Shown: positions 19,966 through 29,627, counted from the first letter of the stretch. The stretch: DNA of 64,000 nucleotides from an uncultured virus (IMG/VR IMGVR_UViG_3300025015_000444) (IMGVR_UViG_3300025015_000444), one strand, 5' to 3'. Notes: a model not told the origin generated them from the letters alone. Numbers and translations: made by a program.

Positions 19966-19972
19966 GTTCTAT

Positions 19973-20203
19973 CTACCCGGATCCGGTATCGGCCTCCAAC
20001 TCATGAAACCAATAGGGAGCCTCTGATCCATCATCTTGTCGAACCCACCATGCTCCAGGATGGTCTACGACCACGCACATAGTCACTCCTCGTGCCCCTT
20101 CACGGCGATTGGCAAGATAGAGCGGATCAGCTAAGAGATGGGATGGGTAAGCCAAACACCGGACCTGAACCCGAACCCGTGGCTGTATGAGAGCAATGTT
20201 CAT
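19973..20203 (-). CDS. hypothetical protein
   Basis: ATGA overlap with the upstream gene. Confidence 0.5.
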   Translation of the reverse strand: MNIALIQPRVRVQVRCLAYPSHLLADPLYLANRREGARGVTMCVVVDHPGAWWVRQDDGSEAPYWFHELEADTGSG

Positions 20204-20691
20204 GGCGTTCCAACAACCTCAAGGAAGAAGAGCAAGGCTTGTTCGGCGAAGAACTGTTGTGTTTGGGTCCGGGTCAAACCGATGGGGGCTTCGATCCTTC
20301 GCACTGATTCGGTACTGCCATTGGTCACGGCGATGTAGGCATGGGGTACTGGAAGGGCTTCAAGGGGTTCCGCATAGCCTGTAGTGGCGACAGCCCAATG
20401 TTTGGCTGTGGGTTCGGGTTTGTCCCGAAACAGAAATCGAACTCCGTGTGCCATTTGAATGGCGACTCTTGGAGAAACACAGTTGACTGAGGCAGCAGGG
20501 GCACGGTCAATGCCCAAGTGGGTAACCTTCTGTTCCAGGTTGTAGGTGGTGATCCCACCCTCAAAATAGGCTGAAGCCCCTGACACCGAAGCAATCAGGG
20601 CTTGAAGATTCCCAGCGGTGACACTCTCGGCCACAACCAGAGTGTAGCCTCTGGCTAGACAGACCTTTTGAACCTGCTGGGCAAAACTCAT
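20200..20691 (-). CDS. CinA/PncC-family protein (NMN deamidase-like)
   Basis: AESVTAG, SGASAYFEGG..TY...K, VS..VA.QMA.G, TTGYA. Confidence 0.85.
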   Translation of the reverse strand: MSFAQQVQKVCLARGYTLVVAESVTAGNLQALIASVSGASAYFEGGITTYNLEQKVTHLGIDRAPAASVNCVSPRVAIQMAHGVRFLFRDKPEPTAKHWAVATTGYAEPLEALPVPHAYIAVTNGSTESVRRIEAPIGLTRTQTQQFFAEQALLFFLEVVGTP

Positions 20692-20921
20692 GGCACCCAC
20701 ACTTTCTCATGGTGTCCCTGTTGAATGACCTGTTGGCAAGCTGGATTCAAGACATCGACTCGTTGTTCCCCAGCTCCGTCGCCAAGATCCATCTCGCACC
20801 ATACGGGCTTGCCCGACTTGTCTGAAACCCCCACGACGGGGACATTAAAGTAACGACCGATCTCGAAATAGAACAGGGCGATAAGTCCGACGGTCGCAAC
20901 GAGGATCCACCACTTGTTCAT
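20688..20921 (-). CDS. small membrane-anchored protein
   Basis: N-terminal hydrophobic helix; ATGA overlaps. Confidence 0.55.
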   Translation of the reverse strand: MNKWWILVATVGLIALFYFEIGRYFNVPVVGVSDKSGKPVWCEMDLGDGAGEQRVDVLNPACQQVIQQGHHEKVWVP

Positions 20922-21223
20922 TTTTCAGTCCAATCCTTTGCATAGGCGGTTGTGAAAAGCCACATCAAAAAGAAGTGCCTTGCCTTGTCGGCTGCATGGA
21001 CAACCTGGGCCGGGCTGAATCCATTAGCAAGGGACCGCTCCAATGCCCGAGCGATATCCAGTGAGCCAATGCTAGCTGGATGGAGACCGTTTTCCCATCT
21101 GTTGACCGTGGCAAAATGGACACCAACTAGCCGGGCCATTTCAGTTTGGGATATACCCAAACGGTCTCGGATACCCTTCAAACGTCTCCCTGTCAGCCGA
21201 GGAGGCTTTGTCTTACTGGGCAC
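20918..21223 (-). CDS. XRE-family helix-turn-helix regulator
   Basis: IRDRLGISQTEMARLVGVHFATVNRWENG. Confidence 0.85.
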   Translation of the reverse strand: MPSKTKPPRLTGRRLKGIRDRLGISQTEMARLVGVHFATVNRWENGLHPASIGSLDIARALERSLANGFSPAQVVHAADKARHFFLMWLFTTAYAKDWTEK

Positions 21224-21500
21224 TTGCAACCCCTCTCGTGTGCCAGAGATACCCTTTAGAGGGGCACTCAGCAACCAGAAGATCCTTGCCTTGATGTTGG
21301 GCATCGAGAACCAGGATCAAAACCTCATGGCCCTGTTTGCAGGGACATGCACCCCGGATCCCATGTTTCACGTTAGCCCTGTGGCCGCCCAGTTCCGGAG
21401 GGAGAGTGACCCAATCTGGAACCCCGTCATAGATCAGGAGTGCCGTGGGTTCCTCTTCATTCTGAAGCACTCTATCACCTGGCTGAACTTGAAAGCGCAT
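21213..21500 (-). CDS. hypothetical protein
   Basis: GGAGG RBS and upstream promoter motif. Confidence 0.55.
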   Translation of the reverse strand: MRFQVQPGDRVLQNEEEPTALLIYDGVPDWVTLPPELGGHRANVKHGIRGACPCKQGHEVLILVLDAQHQGKDLLVAECPSKGYLWHTRGVASAQ

Positions 21501-21519
21501 ATCGAGCCCTCCTGGTCTG

Positions 21520-21547
21520 TCTACCCGACCGGGGGTTATACTAAGCC
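21520..21547 (-). promoter_or_regulatory. phage promoter-like motif GGCTTAG-N14-GGGTAGA
   Basis: consensus match; divergent pair with 21627. Confidence 0.7.
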
Positions 21548-21626
21548 CAAGTTAGCCGGGGTCACTATCCCGGTGGGGCTTGGGGTCCGTGGGTGGTGAC
21601 CCGGCAGCCTATCCGGTCGCAATTGG

Positions 21627-21654
21627 GGCTTAGAGTGATGGCCTGATGCGTAGT
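21627..21654 (+). promoter_or_regulatory. phage promoter-like motif GGCTTAG-N14-GCGTAGT
   Basis: consensus match upstream of RBS and ATG 21676. Confidence 0.7.
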
Positions 21655-21675
21655 AGGTTTGGAAGGAGAACTGCA

Positions 21676-22215
21676 ATGAACCTTTTTGACTGGACCGGCA
21701 AGACGATAACCCGCGTAGAGGGGGATTACGGGAGCTTCTCCTGTAAGACCAAGGTGCCGGATGAGAGGCACCTTCTCAATTTCGACCTGGGAGTGAGTGC
21801 CGGAAAAATCCTCGTCCTGGATCCCTATGGGAATGAAACTTTCCCGAAGGAATTCCAGACGGGGGTGAGCTTTCTCGGCCCTGATCCATACACCATCGGG
21901 ATCATCCGGGAGTCTGGACAGATCTGTGCCGTCCATTTCAGTCAGGAGAAGAAAGCCGTCGTCGTCACCGTCACCCGAATGGAAGAATGGGTCGTACCAA
22001 AGAAGTTCCTCCCCAAACTGGACCACCTCATGTCCTGCAAGCGCCCTTTCTATCTGGGCATGACCGAACGCTCGCTGTTTGACCTTGCAACCAAATGGAT
22101 CGGGCACAAGGACATCGAGGAGAGTCTGGTTGTGGATCTGGACTTCCGCCCCCACAGACTCCAGATTTGGGGACACAATTGGAGAGAAGTCGGGGGATGG
22201 AATTCAGAGGCTTAG
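21676..22215 (+). CDS. hypothetical protein
   Basis: AAGGAG RBS and promoter motif. Confidence 0.65.
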   Translation: MNLFDWTGKTITRVEGDYGSFSCKTKVPDERHLLNFDLGVSAGKILVLDPYGNETFPKEFQTGVSFLGPDPYTIGIIRESGQICAVHFSQEKKAVVVTVTRMEEWVVPKKFLPKLDHLMSCKRPFYLGMTERSLFDLATKWIGHKDIEESLVVDLDFRPHRLQIWGHNWREVGGWNSEA

Positions 22216-22236
22216 GTGCGTGCCTTGTTGCGTAGT
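22209..22236 (+). promoter_or_regulatory. phage promoter-like motif GGCTTAG-N14-GCGTAGT
   Basis: consensus match overlapping the upstream stop codon. Confidence 0.7.
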
Positions 22237-22274
22237 ATGTTTGGAGGGAAGGTTTTCCTTCCTTGGAGGCTCTC

Positions 22275-22499
22275 ATGCGCGGCTATGGTCTTCCCCGTAA
22301 CACTGATGTCGGTGCCCCCGACTGTGCCGATATCAAGGAATACGGCCTTGCCAGCCACAAGGCCCGCCTCCCCGGCAAGGGGGGCGACATCCGCTCCGTC
22401 TTCAAGGACCCTGCTGACAAGGCCCGTGCCCGTCGCCGTTTCGCCCGCAAGGCTCGTGCTGAGAATAAGGCTGTCTGTGAGACTTCCCGATGCGAATGA
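22275..22499 (+). CDS. small basic hypothetical protein
   Basis: GGAGG RBS; Arg/Lys-rich. Confidence 0.6.
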   Translation: MRGYGLPRNTDVGAPDCADIKEYGLASHKARLPGKGGDIRSVFKDPADKARARRRFARKARAENKAVCETSRCE

Positions 22500-22711
22500 C
22501 CCTTGTTGACATGACCCGGCTCTTCTCGTTCGATGCAACATGCTTGGGGTGCTCTACCCGCATGACAGCCGCCAAAAACCGGCCTCCCGTTTACGCGGAT
22601 CTGCATGGTGAACCTTTCAAGGCGTACTACTGCGGCGAATGTGCTCAAAAGAAGATCGGTGGCAGCCACCGACCGCTTCCAGTTGGGGAAGAAGAAGTAC
22701 GGGATGCTTGA
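22490..22711 (+). CDS. small Zn-finger protein
   Basis: CLGC and YYCGEC. Confidence 0.5.
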   Translation: MRMTLVDMTRLFSFDATCLGCSTRMTAAKNRPPVYADLHGEPFKAYYCGECAQKKIGGSHRPLPVGEEEVRDA

Positions 22712-23078
22712 CGTAACCGAATACACAGTGACCGAACACCAGTCTGCTTCAATCAAGCCACAGGGGTTTCGTAACATCCCCCCAGCTGCTAGCCTGACCC
22801 CTCATCGAGAACGTGTCCTTCAAGCAAGTCACGGACTCCGGCTGGCTTTCGTGAGTAAGCCCCTGTTCTATGACAACGCTTTCAGACTCCTCAACAAGAG
22901 GGATCACAAGACTCTACTTGCCCTCCTCTATGGGGGCTGGATTCAGGTCTTTCAAGTAGACGGGGATCTGCCGGGTATCCACCTATTCTCCCGGATCGGA
23001 ACTCGGGCAGGAAGACACTTTCTTCTATGGGATAAGAGACAACCCTTACCGGAGAGAACACGGGCATCCCTAACGTAG
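22704..23078 (+). CDS. hypothetical protein
   Basis: start overlaps the previous stop. Confidence 0.5.
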   Translation: MLDVTEYTVTEHQSASIKPQGFRNIPPAASLTPHRERVLQASHGLRLAFVSKPLFYDNAFRLLNKRDHKTLLALLYGGWIQVFQVDGDLPGIHLFSRIGTRAGRHFLLWDKRQPLPERTRASLT

Positions 23079-23163
23079 GGGGTGCCCCTCCACGGGGGCT
23101 ATCTACAGGAACGGGGCGAAGTCACTTTCGGAAAGGAATCCCGATGACCCCTAATGGACTGCC

Positions 23164-23658
23164 ATGACTTTTCTTGACTGGCTGCTGATGCAACAAGATC
23201 GGGAAGGCCCGGTGGGTGAGTTCGCCCGCGACGTGTGCTTTGCTACGAGAATAAAGAAAGGTAAAGCCTTGTTGGCCCCAACGCTCCGAGCAAATGACCG
23301 TGCCGCATGGTACATCTACTTGCGGTCAGTCAATGCTGGAGCCAAGGCAGAAGAAGCCTTGGAAGCACTTTTCCAGGAATATGAATCAATTACCGATGTC
23401 GCCATAGCGGCGGCATTCTTGGGACATGGGAAACCGAGAGCCTACGATTTGATAGTTTATCGAGGCCACAACAACCGTCTCTGGCCCCAGCGCCCCGCAG
23501 GAATCATAGACAAAGCAACCGGCAAACCCCCCAAAGGGACAGAAATCCTTTGGGGCTACGACGCCCCAAGCCAATCCTTCTGCCCGCTACCTGAATCCGC
23601 AGACATCGAAGTGCGAGTAGATATCCGGGATGGGGATCCCCCCAAAGATTGTCACTGA
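23164..23658 (+). CDS. protein with N-terminal YozE SAM-like domain
   Basis: MTFLDWL..Q.DREGPVGEFARDV...EY pattern. Confidence 0.6.
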   Translation: MTFLDWLLMQQDREGPVGEFARDVCFATRIKKGKALLAPTLRANDRAAWYIYLRSVNAGAKAEEALEALFQEYESITDVAIAAAFLGHGKPRAYDLIVYRGHNNRLWPQRPAGIIDKATGKPPKGTEILWGYDAPSQSFCPLPESADIEVRVDIRDGDPPKDCH

Positions 23659-23689
23659 AACGAATCTCTGGAGTCGGGTAGAATGGGAC

Positions 23690-24316
23690 ATGGCTCGACT
23701 TGCCAGATTCGTGCAGCTTGACGGCATCGACGGTTCCGGGAAAGATTCTCAAGCCGACCTTCTAGTTCAGCATTTTCGTGCCGCAGGTTTGGACCCCCTT
23801 CGTCTGAACGAACCCGACAACACCCTTCCCACGGGGACTCTGCTCCGGCAACTGCTCAAGTCCGGAGAATACCAGGAAGCCCACGCTGCCTTGTTCTTGG
23901 CTGACCGAATGGCCATGTTGACCCGAAGAGTCATTCCCGCCCTTGCTGCGGGCCGTCCAGTGGTTTCCTCTCGGTCGTTCCTGTCAACGCTGGTGTATCA
24001 ACAGGAAAACTGGCCGCTGGAGTGGTTACTGGCCATTCACGCCCAATTGCCTGCTAAAGCGGATCTCTTGATCGTGTTGGACATGGACCCGACCGAAGCC
24101 CTGGCTCGAACCCAGAAACGGGGGCTTGGGCCAGAGGTTTATGAGCGGTTGGACATCCAACGACGTAACCAGAAACGGTACCGGGATCTGGTTCTCGACC
24201 CCTGTATCTTTCAGTTTCTCGCCCCAGGAGGACAGGCCCGTATTCTGGATGCTTCGGGAACCCCAGAACAGGTACAAGAACGAGTGTTAAGCTTGCTGGC
24301 TGAGCGGAGTTGTTGA
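23690..24316 (+). CDS. tmk: thymidylate kinase
   Basis: DGIDGSGKDSQ, EP, LFLADR, STLVYQ (canonical DR appears as SR). Confidence 0.88.
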   Translation: MARLARFVQLDGIDGSGKDSQADLLVQHFRAAGLDPLRLNEPDNTLPTGTLLRQLLKSGEYQEAHAALFLADRMAMLTRRVIPALAAGRPVVSSRSFLSTLVYQQENWPLEWLLAIHAQLPAKADLLIVLDMDPTEALARTQKRGLGPEVYERLDIQRRNQKRYRDLVLDPCIFQFLAPGGQARILDASGTPEQVQERVLSLLAERSC

Positions 24317-24852
24317 TGAAAAACAAGGATCAGGCCCGTACCAAGCGCAACCAAAAAAGAGCTTTGAAGGAAGCCCGCCGACGGGCCGCTAAACCCTCGG
24401 CTCAGGAGCGTGCCCTGGCCAAAGCCAAAAAGCAGGTCACACAGGCGGTTCCAGAATCCTTCGATGAGACTCAGCATCTGTTCTGGATGTGTCACGGGGT
24501 CAACTTCATCATGAGTGATTACGAATCAGGCACTTGGACCCCACTGTTTGAGGGGATTTACGAGGGACGTTTCCCGAGTCCGGCAGAGGTTGGGCGTACC
24601 ATCATGACGCATTTTGGCCCCGACTCTGGCACCTGGCCCCCCGAGGGTCTGCAAGCCATGGCGTGGACCATGCAACCCAAAGCCACGGTCTATGTGTACT
24701 ACCAAGTTGCCCTTCACAAGGCACATCAGGCCAAAGTGGAGAACCCCGAAACTGAGGTGAGCAAACCTGCCAACACCCATGCCTGGGAAACCTTTAACAT
24801 GCTCAAGACGGAGTTGACTCGGAAACAAGAGGCTCGAAAACAGGGAAGATGA
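24316..24852 (+). CDS. hypothetical protein
   Basis: TGATG coupling with tmk. Confidence 0.6.
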   Translation: MKNKDQARTKRNQKRALKEARRRAAKPSAQERALAKAKKQVTQAVPESFDETQHLFWMCHGVNFIMSDYESGTWTPLFEGIYEGRFPSPAEVGRTIMTHFGPDSGTWPPEGLQAMAWTMQPKATVYVYYQVALHKAHQAKVENPETEVSKPANTHAWETFNMLKTELTRKQEARKQGR

Positions 24853-24855
24853 CCA

Positions 24856-25125
24856 ATGACCCACGCGGAGTTTCAAGAACGGGCTGAGGAACTCGAACTG
24901 CTCACGGCGGACGGCTTCGAGGAAGCGGTCGTTGGTCTTGTGGAACGGTTTGGTATGGAAGCCGTTGTGCTCTATGACCGAGACAAGTGCATCCAGATCC
25001 TGATGGACCGGGACGGCATGGACTACGACGGGGCTACAGAATTCCTCGACTCCAACGTGATCGGAGCCTGGGTAGGTGATGCCACCCCCGCCTTCGCAAC
25101 CCTCATTACTCCTGATCCGGCTTAG
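24856..25125 (+). CDS. small acidic phage protein
   Basis: ADGFEEAVVG..YDRDKCI.IL..GM....EF...N..GAWVG..TP pattern familiar from phage hypothetical proteins. Confidence 0.7.
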   Translation: MTHAEFQERAEELELLTADGFEEAVVGLVERFGMEAVVLYDRDKCIQILMDRDGMDYDGATEFLDSNVIGAWVGDATPAFATLITPDPA

Positions 25126-25146
25126 GCCAAAGGAGAGTCGCGTAGA
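25119..25146 (+). promoter_or_regulatory. phage promoter-like motif GGCTTAG-N14-GCGTAGA
   Basis: consensus match overlapping the upstream stop. Confidence 0.7.
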
Positions 25147-25181
25147 GGGGGTAGGGGCAAAAAAGCCCCGAGGAAAAGCCC

Positions 25182-25727
25182 GTGTTTGAACTCACCCCCG
25201 AAGACATCAAGCATCTGTGCAAGATCCGGTATTGGTATTCCGATAATCTTACAGCGTATCAACGGAATGAGATCTGTTCAATCCAGACCCAGGTGGCCGA
25301 ATTCGTCGGTTGGTCTGGTCTGGACGAGCCTCAGCAGCCCCCTGGCCATCGGTCGGATCTGGTTGCGTGGCTCGAAGTGGGTCTGGCTCTTCTCTCAGAT
25401 GATCGCTACAACAAGGATCCTAATCTTCAGTTCCCGAACCATGTCCAGGAAGCCTTCGAAACTCAGGTTGCGGAAGTCTCCGAGTCGGGTTCAGTTGGGC
25501 ATCCCTGGGATGATGACATCCTAGATGCCTGTCGCCGATGGCTGACAGCTACCCCCTACAGGGTCTGGCGGTTCTATCAGGATGTGCAAGGCGCGGCTCA
25601 GGATGCTTTGGAAGAAGTTCTTCTGGACATCGTATCAGAAGGAAGACACGACTTGAAGCGGGCTGTCGAAGAAGCCGTTGACCGGGTCAAGAGCAAGTTT
25701 GTCAAGCAATACCAGGGGGCCAAATGA
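25182..25727 (+). CDS. hypothetical protein
   Basis: ORF downstream of promoter motif. Confidence 0.6.
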   Translation: MFELTPEDIKHLCKIRYWYSDNLTAYQRNEICSIQTQVAEFVGWSGLDEPQQPPGHRSDLVAWLEVGLALLSDDRYNKDPNLQFPNHVQEAFETQVAEVSESGSVGHPWDDDILDACRRWLTATPYRVWRFYQDVQGAAQDALEEVLLDIVSEGRHDLKRAVEEAVDRVKSKFVKQYQGAK

Positions 25728-26026
25728 CCTGCGAAGATCCGGACCTCATCGGCTTGCGAGTGATCATCCGGTCCAACAATGACGAACCCAACATGGTTGG
25801 CACCCTGATTAGTTGGCAGAAATTCCAACATGGTCAGGAGTTCCCCATCGTCCGATTGGACAACGGAACCGAGTTACTCTGCATGGCTGTTCTGCTACCC
25901 TATCAGCCGGAGCTTCTGACCATGCTCAATCTCTTGTCTCACAAAGCGGCCTGGGATCTGGCTGCGGGCATCTCCTTGCTGTGCCAAGTGCGATCCCGCA
26001 AAAGTTCCTATGCCAGGGGTGCATAA
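25724..26026 (+). CDS. hypothetical protein
   Basis: ATGA overlap. Confidence 0.55.
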   Translation: MTCEDPDLIGLRVIIRSNNDEPNMVGTLISWQKFQHGQEFPIVRLDNGTELLCMAVLLPYQPELLTMLNLLSHKAAWDLAAGISLLCQVRSRKSSYARGA

Positions 26027-26028
26027 AC

Positions 26029-26244
26029 ATGCACCCGATCAAGGGCGAGCTTGCTCCTGTGGGTGTCTCCCGGCCTGACAAACACCCGCCCGGTTTGCAT
26101 TGGCTATTCGGACGGCAGTGTCAGACGTGCGGAGCAGAGTGGCACGGCAGGGTTCAGGGTTGGCTACTTCCTGATGGGGGCCGGACAAGCTACAAACCCT
26201 CTTGCTGTTTCGTGAGGGACCATCGACAGGCTTGGGCAACATGA
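26029..26244 (+). CDS. small hypothetical protein
   Basis: fills the gap; ATGA overlap with the next gene. Confidence 0.4.
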   Translation: MHPIKGELAPVGVSRPDKHPPGLHWLFGRQCQTCGAEWHGRVQGWLLPDGGRTSYKPSCCFVRDHRQAWAT

Positions 26245-26723
26245 ACATCGTGTTCTTAGATATCGACGGCGTGCTCAATAACATGGCGAGTGCCCAACGA
26301 CTCAAGACCTTTGACCTCTTCGATCAGGCCAATGTTGCCGCTTTGAACCGCATCTTGGAAGTGCCAGATACGTTCATCGTGGTGTCCTCTGCTTGGCGGG
26401 TCGGGCGCACCATCGAGAAACTCCAAGAGATACTGACCCTTCAGGGGGTTCAGGGATTGGTCTATGACGTGACCCCTCGCAAGGTGGCAAACTTCGCCAC
26501 ACGGGCAGACGAGATTCAGGCTTGGCTTCGGAAGCATCCAGAGGCTACACGGTTTGTTGTTCTGGATGACAGCATCGACGGATGTGACGCTTTCGGAGAA
26601 AGGTTCATCAAGACCAGTCACCTGGAAGGACTCACTGAGGAGCAAGCCGACAGGGCTGTCCAGATTCTAGCCGGTGGTTTCAATCCCAAACAAGGACTTC
26701 CAAGGTCAAAAGAATTCTCTTGA
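26241..26723 (+). CDS. HAD-superfamily protein (Swiss-army-knife RNA repair-like); last ~15 aa derive from the IS left end
   Basis: FLDIDGVLN, VVSSAWR, R..EI.AWL, FVVLDD. Confidence 0.85.
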   Translation: MNIVFLDIDGVLNNMASAQRLKTFDLFDQANVAALNRILEVPDTFIVVSSAWRVGRTIEKLQEILTLQGVQGLVYDVTPRKVANFATRADEIQAWLRKHPEATRFVVLDDSIDGCDAFGERFIKTSHLEGLTEEQADRAVQILAGGFNPKQGLPRSKEFS

Positions 26724-28166
26724 CAGCCAGCAGGACAAGGGGTAGCCTCTAATATCATGAAGGCACGGATAGCCCATGCCCGTCCTGAAACAAACAAAGG
26801 GAAGTTCCTTGCCCTGGATTCCCTTCAGGTTGTCTACCGCGCCTATGTTCAAGAATGCCTTGACTTGATGGTTCAATCCAAGCGTCATCATATCAAGCCG
26901 GCGGATTACCAGAAGTTCTTTTCCAAAGCCAAGAATCTCACGAGCCAGATTCAGAAGAACGCCCGTCAGCACGCTATTCATACTCTGGATTCCTGGAGGA
27001 AGTCCCTTTATCAAGTCACTCTGAAACGCAAGATTCACGAATCTGGCTTTGACGACCATCGGATGATGGAACTCCGATGCGTTGGCAAATTTGGTCTTGT
27101 CAGCGCGGGAAAGTGCGGTAAAGGAGATATTTCCCAAGAGGCTGTTGACCTTTATTGGAGTTGGGTCTGGGATTGCCCGACTCCCAAAGTCTCCGTTGAT
27201 TTCCCAGTGTGGCTTTCAGAAATGACTTGTGCTTTTGGACCGTCCAAGGAATCCAAGTTCTCTGGATGGTGGATTGCCGTCTCTGGATTGATTCGTGGGA
27301 AACGAATCCAAATCCCCTTGAATCCCCACCCGTACTTGACGGACTCGGCCATTCTGGCAAAGTCAGTTCTGATGAGGAAAGACCGTAAGAGACGTTGGAC
27401 TTTCCAGTTTACAGACAAACGGGAAGACGTAGTTCCCATAGGGACAGCGGGCAAAGTTGCTATTGACGTGGGCTTGAACGTCCTGGCAGCCACTTCGGAT
27501 GGTCGTCTTCTAGGTAAGGACTTCAAAATTCCCTTTGACCGGCTTCACAAGAAGGTCAAGACGGTTAGAGCCAACAGACAACGACAAGACCTGAAGGAAG
27601 ATTCCAAGCGATTGATCCGACTTGAAGACCGCTTGACCGGAATGACGAAAACAGCTACGGGCACGGTAGCTAATCAGCTTGTCCGAAGCTATCCAAATCA
27701 TACTTTCGTTGTGGAGAACCTTGACCTTCGTGGATGTCGTGGAAGTAAGAGATTCGCTTACCGTGCCCTTCAACATTCATTAGGTAGGAAGGCTGTCTTG
27801 GAGACAGTCAATCCAGCCTACACAAGTCAGGAATGTCCTTCTTGTGGTTATGTTGCTCGCGGGAATCGCAACGGAACCAGCTTCCGTTGCCTTTCTTGCG
27901 GGAGAATTTCTCATGCTGACGTGGTTGGGGCGATCAATCTGCTCAGACGTTCTGGGGATAAACAGATTGGTTTGAAGGCTTCTCCATGGTTAGTGAGGCC
28001 GATCTTGGAAAAGCGATACCGGAAAGCCCGGGACAGTTCTCCAAGACGGATGGCGAAAGCCACTAGGAGTCCCACCGTTGGACCCGATTCTTACTGTTTG
28101 ATACCGGCAGGCATAGAGTCAAACTCAGGTGTCCTCGCTCTGCGTTGAGGTCATTATGAGGAACGG
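26673..28166 (+). mobile_element. IS607-like tnpB-only element
   Basis: GG at both boundaries (GGTGGTTTCAATCCC ... GAGGAACGG); removing it restores CTA GCC GGC TGA, an immediate stop for the HAD gene; left end shared with 5499-5880. Confidence 0.8.
26757..28148 (+). CDS. tnpB: TnpB RNA-guided endonuclease
   Basis: RuvC AIDVG, VVENL, HADVVGAIN; VNPAYTSQECPSCG..FRCLSCG Zn ribbon. Confidence 0.92.
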   Translation: MKARIAHARPETNKGKFLALDSLQVVYRAYVQECLDLMVQSKRHHIKPADYQKFFSKAKNLTSQIQKNARQHAIHTLDSWRKSLYQVTLKRKIHESGFDDHRMMELRCVGKFGLVSAGKCGKGDISQEAVDLYWSWVWDCPTPKVSVDFPVWLSEMTCAFGPSKESKFSGWWIAVSGLIRGKRIQIPLNPHPYLTDSAILAKSVLMRKDRKRRWTFQFTDKREDVVPIGTAGKVAIDVGLNVLAATSDGRLLGKDFKIPFDRLHKKVKTVRANRQRQDLKEDSKRLIRLEDRLTGMTKTATGTVANQLVRSYPNHTFVVENLDLRGCRGSKRFAYRALQHSLGRKAVLETVNPAYTSQECPSCGYVARGNRNGTSFRCLSCGRISHADVVGAINLLRRSGDKQIGLKASPWLVRPILEKRYRKARDSSPRRMAKATRSPTVGPDSYCLIPAGIESNSGVLALR

Positions 28167-28192
28167 CTGAAGGCCAAGTTTGTGAGGCCCGA

Positions 28193-28585
28193 ATGACCAT
28201 TCAGGACAAGCTCATTCGGCTCTATCAAGAGATGTACAATCTAACCGAGCCTGAGTGTCGCTTGACATGCCGGTGTCCCCGGTCGTGTTGCTCCCCGGAG
28301 TTCTGTCTGGACACCATACGGTATGCCCAGGAAAGTTGGGGGGTCACTCTTACCCCAACAGACCATCCCAAACTGCCCTTGATGGGGCCAACAGGTTGCA
28401 TCGCAGCCCCACATCTCCGTCCCTGTTGCACCATGCACACATGCGACGTGAATGGGATCGGCTTCAAGAAAGGGGATCTTGATTGGAACGAACGATACTT
28501 TGCCCTTCGGAAAAGGATTGACACCCTGGAGTGGCGACGGACTCCTATTCCGGGGGATACAGCCCTCGCAGAGTCAGGAGTGTAA
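28193..28585 (+). CDS. Cys-rich hypothetical protein
   Basis: C..TC.C..SCC...C, GC...HLRP.C..HTC. Confidence 0.6.
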   Translation: MTIQDKLIRLYQEMYNLTEPECRLTCRCPRSCCSPEFCLDTIRYAQESWGVTLTPTDHPKLPLMGPTGCIAAPHLRPCCTMHTCDVNGIGFKKGDLDWNERYFALRKRIDTLEWRRTPIPGDTALAESGV

Positions 28586-28910
28586 TTAGTTCGACAGACC
28601 GCTTCCGGATATCTGATCGCTCATACGCCTCATACGCATCCGCCAGGGCCTGAGCCTTCCAAACAGCTACTGCCGTTTGCCAGGTCTCTGTGAACTCCGC
28701 TTCCGGCATGACCGCCCAAGACCCTGCGGGGACCACATCGATCACGAACTCCCTATCCTTGTGCCGAAGCACCACAAGGAGTTGCTGGGCCTCTGTTTGC
28801 CCCACGAAGATATCAGCAGCAGGGTAGCCCAATCGGCGCAAGGCTTCATGAATGCAAAGGGCTTCCACAAAAGCCGGGTTGAGTTGCTTGAGGTCAATCA
28901 GTTCTTTCAT
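28545..28910 (-). CDS. hypothetical protein
   Basis: 121-aa protein-like ORF. Confidence 0.55.
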   Translation of the reverse strand: MKELIDLKQLNPAFVEALCIHEALRRLGYPAADIFVGQTEAQQLLVVLRHKDREFVIDVVPAGSWAVMPEAEFTETWQTAVAVWKAQALADAYEAYERSDIRKRSVELITLLTLRGLYPPE

Positions 28911-28993
28911 GTTGGTCCAAGTGGTCCAAGTAGGCTTGGAGTTCCGGGGTCATCTGGTCAAACTGAAATGTGGTTTCCATGTCGCCCTCTAAT

Positions 28994-29263
28994 CTACCCC
29001 AACAGAGGCAAACGCATCGGCCCTTTATCCGTGGCAAAAGCCGTGGCCTGATTGTTCAAGTCCGGCTCTCGCCACACTACCGTGGCTCCCCCCACGGGTA
29101 ACACGTCCAGGAGCTTCTTTTCACCAGGCACTTGATAGACGATCACTGTTCCGTTCTGGGGGCCATACCGAGCAGTCCAGCAATCCATCGCGTGAAGAAG
29201 CTGTGCTGTCCGGCGACCTTCGGGGATGTCAGTACGGGTCACAAAGTAGAGGTGGCTTGTCAT
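28994..29263 (-). CDS. Pth2-like (peptidyl-tRNA hydrolase 2 fold) protein
   Basis: LYFVTRTDI..G...AQLLHA and WREPDL.NQ.TAFA..LPLL; ATGA-coupled to the upstream gene. Confidence 0.7.
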   Translation of the reverse strand: MTSHLYFVTRTDIPEGRRTAQLLHAMDCWTARYGPQNGTVIVYQVPGEKKLLDVLPVGGATVVWREPDLNNQATAFATDKGPMRLPLLG

Positions 29264-29625
29264 GTTGCCACCTGCTCCGGCCATTCCCGGCGGCATCCTT
29301 CGGTAATCAGCCACGCCTCAATGATCGGACGCTCTGTCTCGGCGATCTCAAAAATGAGTTGGATACTTGGGGCAATCCGACACTTCTGTTCGATCTGCCG
29401 GTACGTCCGACCCCGAAGGTACCCGTAGGCCAGAAGCCGTTCCCGTTGTCTGTAGTCGATACTTCTCCGAGCCTGAATTGCTTCCTGATGTAGACGGTCT
29501 CTCTCCGTCCCTTTCTCTGTCAAGCGGATCTTGGCAAAACACTCACGGGCATGGTTCCGCAAGTCACGGGTCTGGATTGCAGTGATCTTGATGTCGTTCT
29601 TGAGGGTCTGAAGCTGAGTATTCAT
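29260..29625 (-). CDS. hypothetical protein (LAYGYLRGRTY..IE motif)
   Basis: AAGGAGG RBS; helical basic protein. Confidence 0.75.
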   Translation of the reverse strand: MNTQLQTLKNDIKITAIQTRDLRNHARECFAKIRLTEKGTERDRLHQEAIQARRSIDYRQRERLLAYGYLRGRTYRQIEQKCRIAPSIQLIFEIAETERPIIEAWLITEGCRREWPEQVAT

Positions 29626-29627
29626 AT

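Noticed and set aside
26677..26712. CRISPR-repeat-like sequence GTTTCAATCCC.. next to a Cas12f/TnpB-like gene (similar copy at 5855-5876)
   Set aside because: The copies are single and ~21 kb apart, with no repeat-spacer array or cas genes. They are explained as the shared left end of IS607-like elements.
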